Shown: in pieces, positions 30,195 to 32,000 of the stretch | Layout of the letters: each line of letters begins with the position of its first letter | Numbering within the stretch: the first letter of the stretch is position 1 | Notes under the pieces: model-generated | Database searches by the model: none | What the model was told of the DNA's origin: nothing | What the model saw: only the letters and a program-made list of their open reading frames with translations | Assembly: GCF_022701215.1 (NCBI RefSeq) | Contig: NZ_CP089976.1 | Span: 300,001 to 332,000 of the forward strand | DNA length: 32,000 nt | Direction of reading: 5' to 3' | From: Moraxella nasovis | GTDB taxonomy: Bacteria; Pseudomonadota; Gammaproteobacteria; Pseudomonadales; Moraxellaceae | Program-made: the position numbers and the translations under genes

Positions 30195-31553
30195 ATGTAC
30201 CAAATCAAAACCGACAAACAAATAACCGCCCTAAAAGATGGCGATAAACCCTATTTTGCAGACATTTACGGCAAACCACGCTTATTCATCAAAGTAAGCC
30301 CCACCAAAAAAGGCGCAAGCAAGGTATGGGTGTATCGCTATGCCAAAGATGGCAAACAGCCCAAAATCACCATCGGAGCTTACCCAACGGTTAGCATGGC
30401 ACAAGCATTCACCAAATGGCAAGAGCTAAACGAGCTTATCGCACAAGGCATAGACCCCAAAGCCCATTATGATAAGATTGCCAAAGAACAAGAACGCCAA
30501 GATAAAAACAAATTTAGCCTTATCTGTATGGCATGGGCTAAGACAAAAGGCTGGAAAGATAACAGTACCATAAGACGGCATAGGGATTTACAAATTTTTA
30601 TTGATAGATTTGGGGATATGCCACTACACCAAATCACGCATACGGACATTGTGGAGCTGTTAAAGGACATTGAACAAAAATACCGCCAAAGGAATAATCC
30701 AGAGCTACCAAGCGATAAAGCAGAGCGATGTAGGGGCTTTTTGGTTGATATGTTTGCATGGGCGTGTGTTAATGGCTATTGCATGGATAACCCCACCGCC
30801 CACATTACCACCGCCAAAAAGAGCCATATTTTACAAACCGTAGAATACGGTAACCGTAAGGCATTAGTTAAACCGCTTGAATTTGGTAGGCTTATGCGTG
30901 CAATTTTTGATGATGACCGCATGGACTATCATACACGCCATAACATGCTACTACTTGCCTACACAGGCGTTAGAAATGGGGATATACGGCGTATGAAATG
31001 GGCTGACTTGGATTTGGACAACGGCAAATGGGAGCTTACACCCATCAAAGGACAATCAAACAGTAATATCCGTATGATTGAAAAAATGACCGTGCCACTA
31101 TCTAGGCAAGTGATAGCCATTTTACAAGCCCAGCACCGCCTAACAGGGCAAAAAGCCCATGTATTTGCCAAAGATACCAAAGACGGCATAATATCAGATG
31201 GAGCGACCAATACCGCCCTAAAACGGCTTGGATTTCAAAATAAGCATTCATCGCATGGCTTTCGTTCAAGTGCCAAAACGCTACTGATGGGCGAGCTTGA
31301 TTATAACGACATGATAACCGAGATGATGTTAGGACACGTTATTAAGGGCGATAACCCCTATATGCGAGCGGATTTGTACGCCAAGCGGTGTGAGCTGATG
31401 CAGACATGGGCAGATTATATCGATGATTTGGCAATGGGCAAAGACACCACCCATTACAAGGGCGTGTATCGTGAAAAGCCGAGCGATATTTTGCAAGCCT
31501 TAATTAACATGATGGGTAAAGATGGGATTTTAAAGATGTTACAAGCCCCCTGA
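30195..31553 (+). CDS. int: Tyrosine-type site-specific integrase (P4-like, DUF4102 arm-binding N-terminus)
   Basis: 452 aa. The N-terminus (LKDGDKPYF...VWVYRY) is typical of P4/CP4-57-type integrases. Catalytic region motifs are LAYTGVRNGDIRRMKW, HGFRSSAKT and LGHV. The gene lies immediately 3' of a tRNA gene. Confidence 0.9.
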   Translation: MYQIKTDKQITALKDGDKPYFADIYGKPRLFIKVSPTKKGASKVWVYRYAKDGKQPKITIGAYPTVSMAQAFTKWQELNELIAQGIDPKAHYDKIAKEQERQDKNKFSLICMAWAKTKGWKDNSTIRRHRDLQIFIDRFGDMPLHQITHTDIVELLKDIEQKYRQRNNPELPSDKAERCRGFLVDMFAWACVNGYCMDNPTAHITTAKKSHILQTVEYGNRKALVKPLEFGRLMRAIFDDDRMDYHTRHNMLLLAYTGVRNGDIRRMKWADLDLDNGKWELTPIKGQSNSNIRMIEKMTVPLSRQVIAILQAQHRLTGQKAHVFAKDTKDGIISDGATNTALKRLGFQNKHSSHGFRSSAKTLLMGELDYNDMITEMMLGHVIKGDNPYMRADLYAKRCELMQTWADYIDDLAMGKDTTHYKGVYREKPSDILQALINMMGKDGILKMLQAP

Positions 31554-31567
31554 TGGGGGTTTTTTTA
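31546..31567 (+). terminator. Rho-independent terminator overlapping the integrase stop codon
   Basis: CCCCC (31546-31550), loop TGAT, GGGGG (31555-31559), then an 8-nt T run (31560-31567). Confidence 0.75.
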
Positions 31568-31598
31568 TGGGCTTATTTTTAAGTTTTCGCCAAAAAAG

Positions 31599-31734
31599 TG
31601 AGTAGTAACGGTAGTAAAGTAGTATAAGCCTTTATTTATAAGGGTTTAAGTATTTTTTAGAGTAGTAATTGAGTAGTAATTAGGGGGTTTAGGGTAGTAA
31701 TTGAGTAGTAAAAGTTAGTAATTAGGTAGTAATT
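31599..31734 (+). repeat. Array of nine GTAGTAA-type heptamers (iteron-like), in two clusters separated by an AT-rich spacer
   Basis: GTAGTAA at 31602, 31611, 31662, 31673, 31694, 31705 and 31726. Variants GTAGTAT at 31619 and TTAGTAA at 31715. All are in the same orientation. Spacing in the right-hand cluster is 10-11 bp or a multiple of that. Confidence 0.8.
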
Positions 31735-31830
31735 TTCTCTTTAAAAGTAAAAATTAAAGGGTTTTTGTTTAAGATTTTAGGACATAACGCCTTTTTAAAA
31801 AGTTGCAAATAAAAGATGATTGTTATAGAC

Positions 31831-31855
31831 TGTAATTATAAAAATGTAATTATAA
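31831..31855 (+). promoter_or_regulatory. Tandem direct repeat TGTAATTATAA x2 just upstream of brnT; candidate operator/-10 region
   Basis: Identical 11-mers at 31831-31841 and 31845-31855, ending 10 bp before the ATG at 31865. A TTGCAA at 31803-31808 is a possible -35. Confidence 0.4.
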
Positions 31856-31864
31856 GGCTAGATA

Positions 31865-31981
31865 ATGCTTTTTGAATGGGACGAACAAAAGAACGCCATT
31901 AACCGCCAAAAGCACGGCGTAAGTTTTGAGACGGCACGCAAACTAAGCAAATCGGAGATTAAAAAATATGGCTATCGTTAG
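31865..31981 (+). pseudogene. brnT: BrnT (DUF497) toxin gene remnant with apparent in-frame internal deletion (38 codons)
   Basis: My translation is MLFEWDEQKNAINRQKHGVSFETARKLSKSEIKKYGYR*. The N-terminal FEWDE.KN..N..KHGVSFE signature and a C-terminal RK..K.E.KKY-like tail are present. The ~50-aa central part of typical ~90-aa BrnT proteins is missing. Confidence 0.6.
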
Positions 31982-32000
31982 AATGACCCTAGACCAAATC
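31968..32000 (+). CDS. brnA: BrnA-family antitoxin (DUF4415-like), 5' fragment cut by the window edge
   Basis: The ATG at 31968 overlaps the brnT stop by 14 bp. MAIVRMTLDQI resembles the common M.IVR.T start of BrnA-family antitoxins. Only 11 codons are visible. Confidence 0.45.
   Translation, partial: MAIVRMTLDQI

Noticed and set aside
31599-31734. Possibility that the GTAGTAA array is a CRISPR array
   Set aside because: The repeat units are 7-11 bp and abut each other or lie 10-21 bp apart, with no unique spacers of 25-40 bp. No cas genes or leader are present, so it is not CRISPR.

Overview
Mostly ordinary housekeeping chromosome, visibly moderate-to-low GC. Gene content and order suggest a Moraxellaceae (Moraxella-like) gammaproteobacterium; that assignment is inference only. 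About 30 well-supported CDS run through the window: nadK, yeaC-like, an AEC transporter, mnmG, a GNAT acetyltransferase, grxD, an isochorismatase-family hydrolase, ispF, mnmA, purB, thiI, ychJ, ppk1, mtgA, tatD, an MscS-family channel, metF-rsmE-dinB, a HAD-IB hydrolase, sdhE plus a ygfX-like gene, a PiT phosphate transporter, ubiE-ubiJ-ubiB and tRNA-Leu(CAA). I see three accessory patches. (1) Two directly oriented copies of an IS481-family element lie at 1-342 (cut by the window edge) and about 2876-3813. (2) Between yeaC and the second IS copy is an AT-rich orphan module: an XRE regulator transcribed divergently from a 60-aa two-TM protein and a 119-aa Cys-rich lipoprotein, with near-consensus back-to-back promoters and a perfect palindrome. 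(3) A genomic island starts at the 3' end of tRNA-Leu(CAA). It carries a P4-type tyrosine integrase, a phased array of GTAGTAA heptamers, and a BrnT/BrnA toxin-antitoxin locus whose toxin gene looks like an in-frame internal-deletion remnant. The island runs off the right edge of the window. I found no CRISPR array, no rRNA and no recognisable multi-gene defence system. The best candidates for something undescribed are the XRE/small-envelope-protein module and the island's heptamer array. Both are small, and neither function can be assigned from sequence alone.
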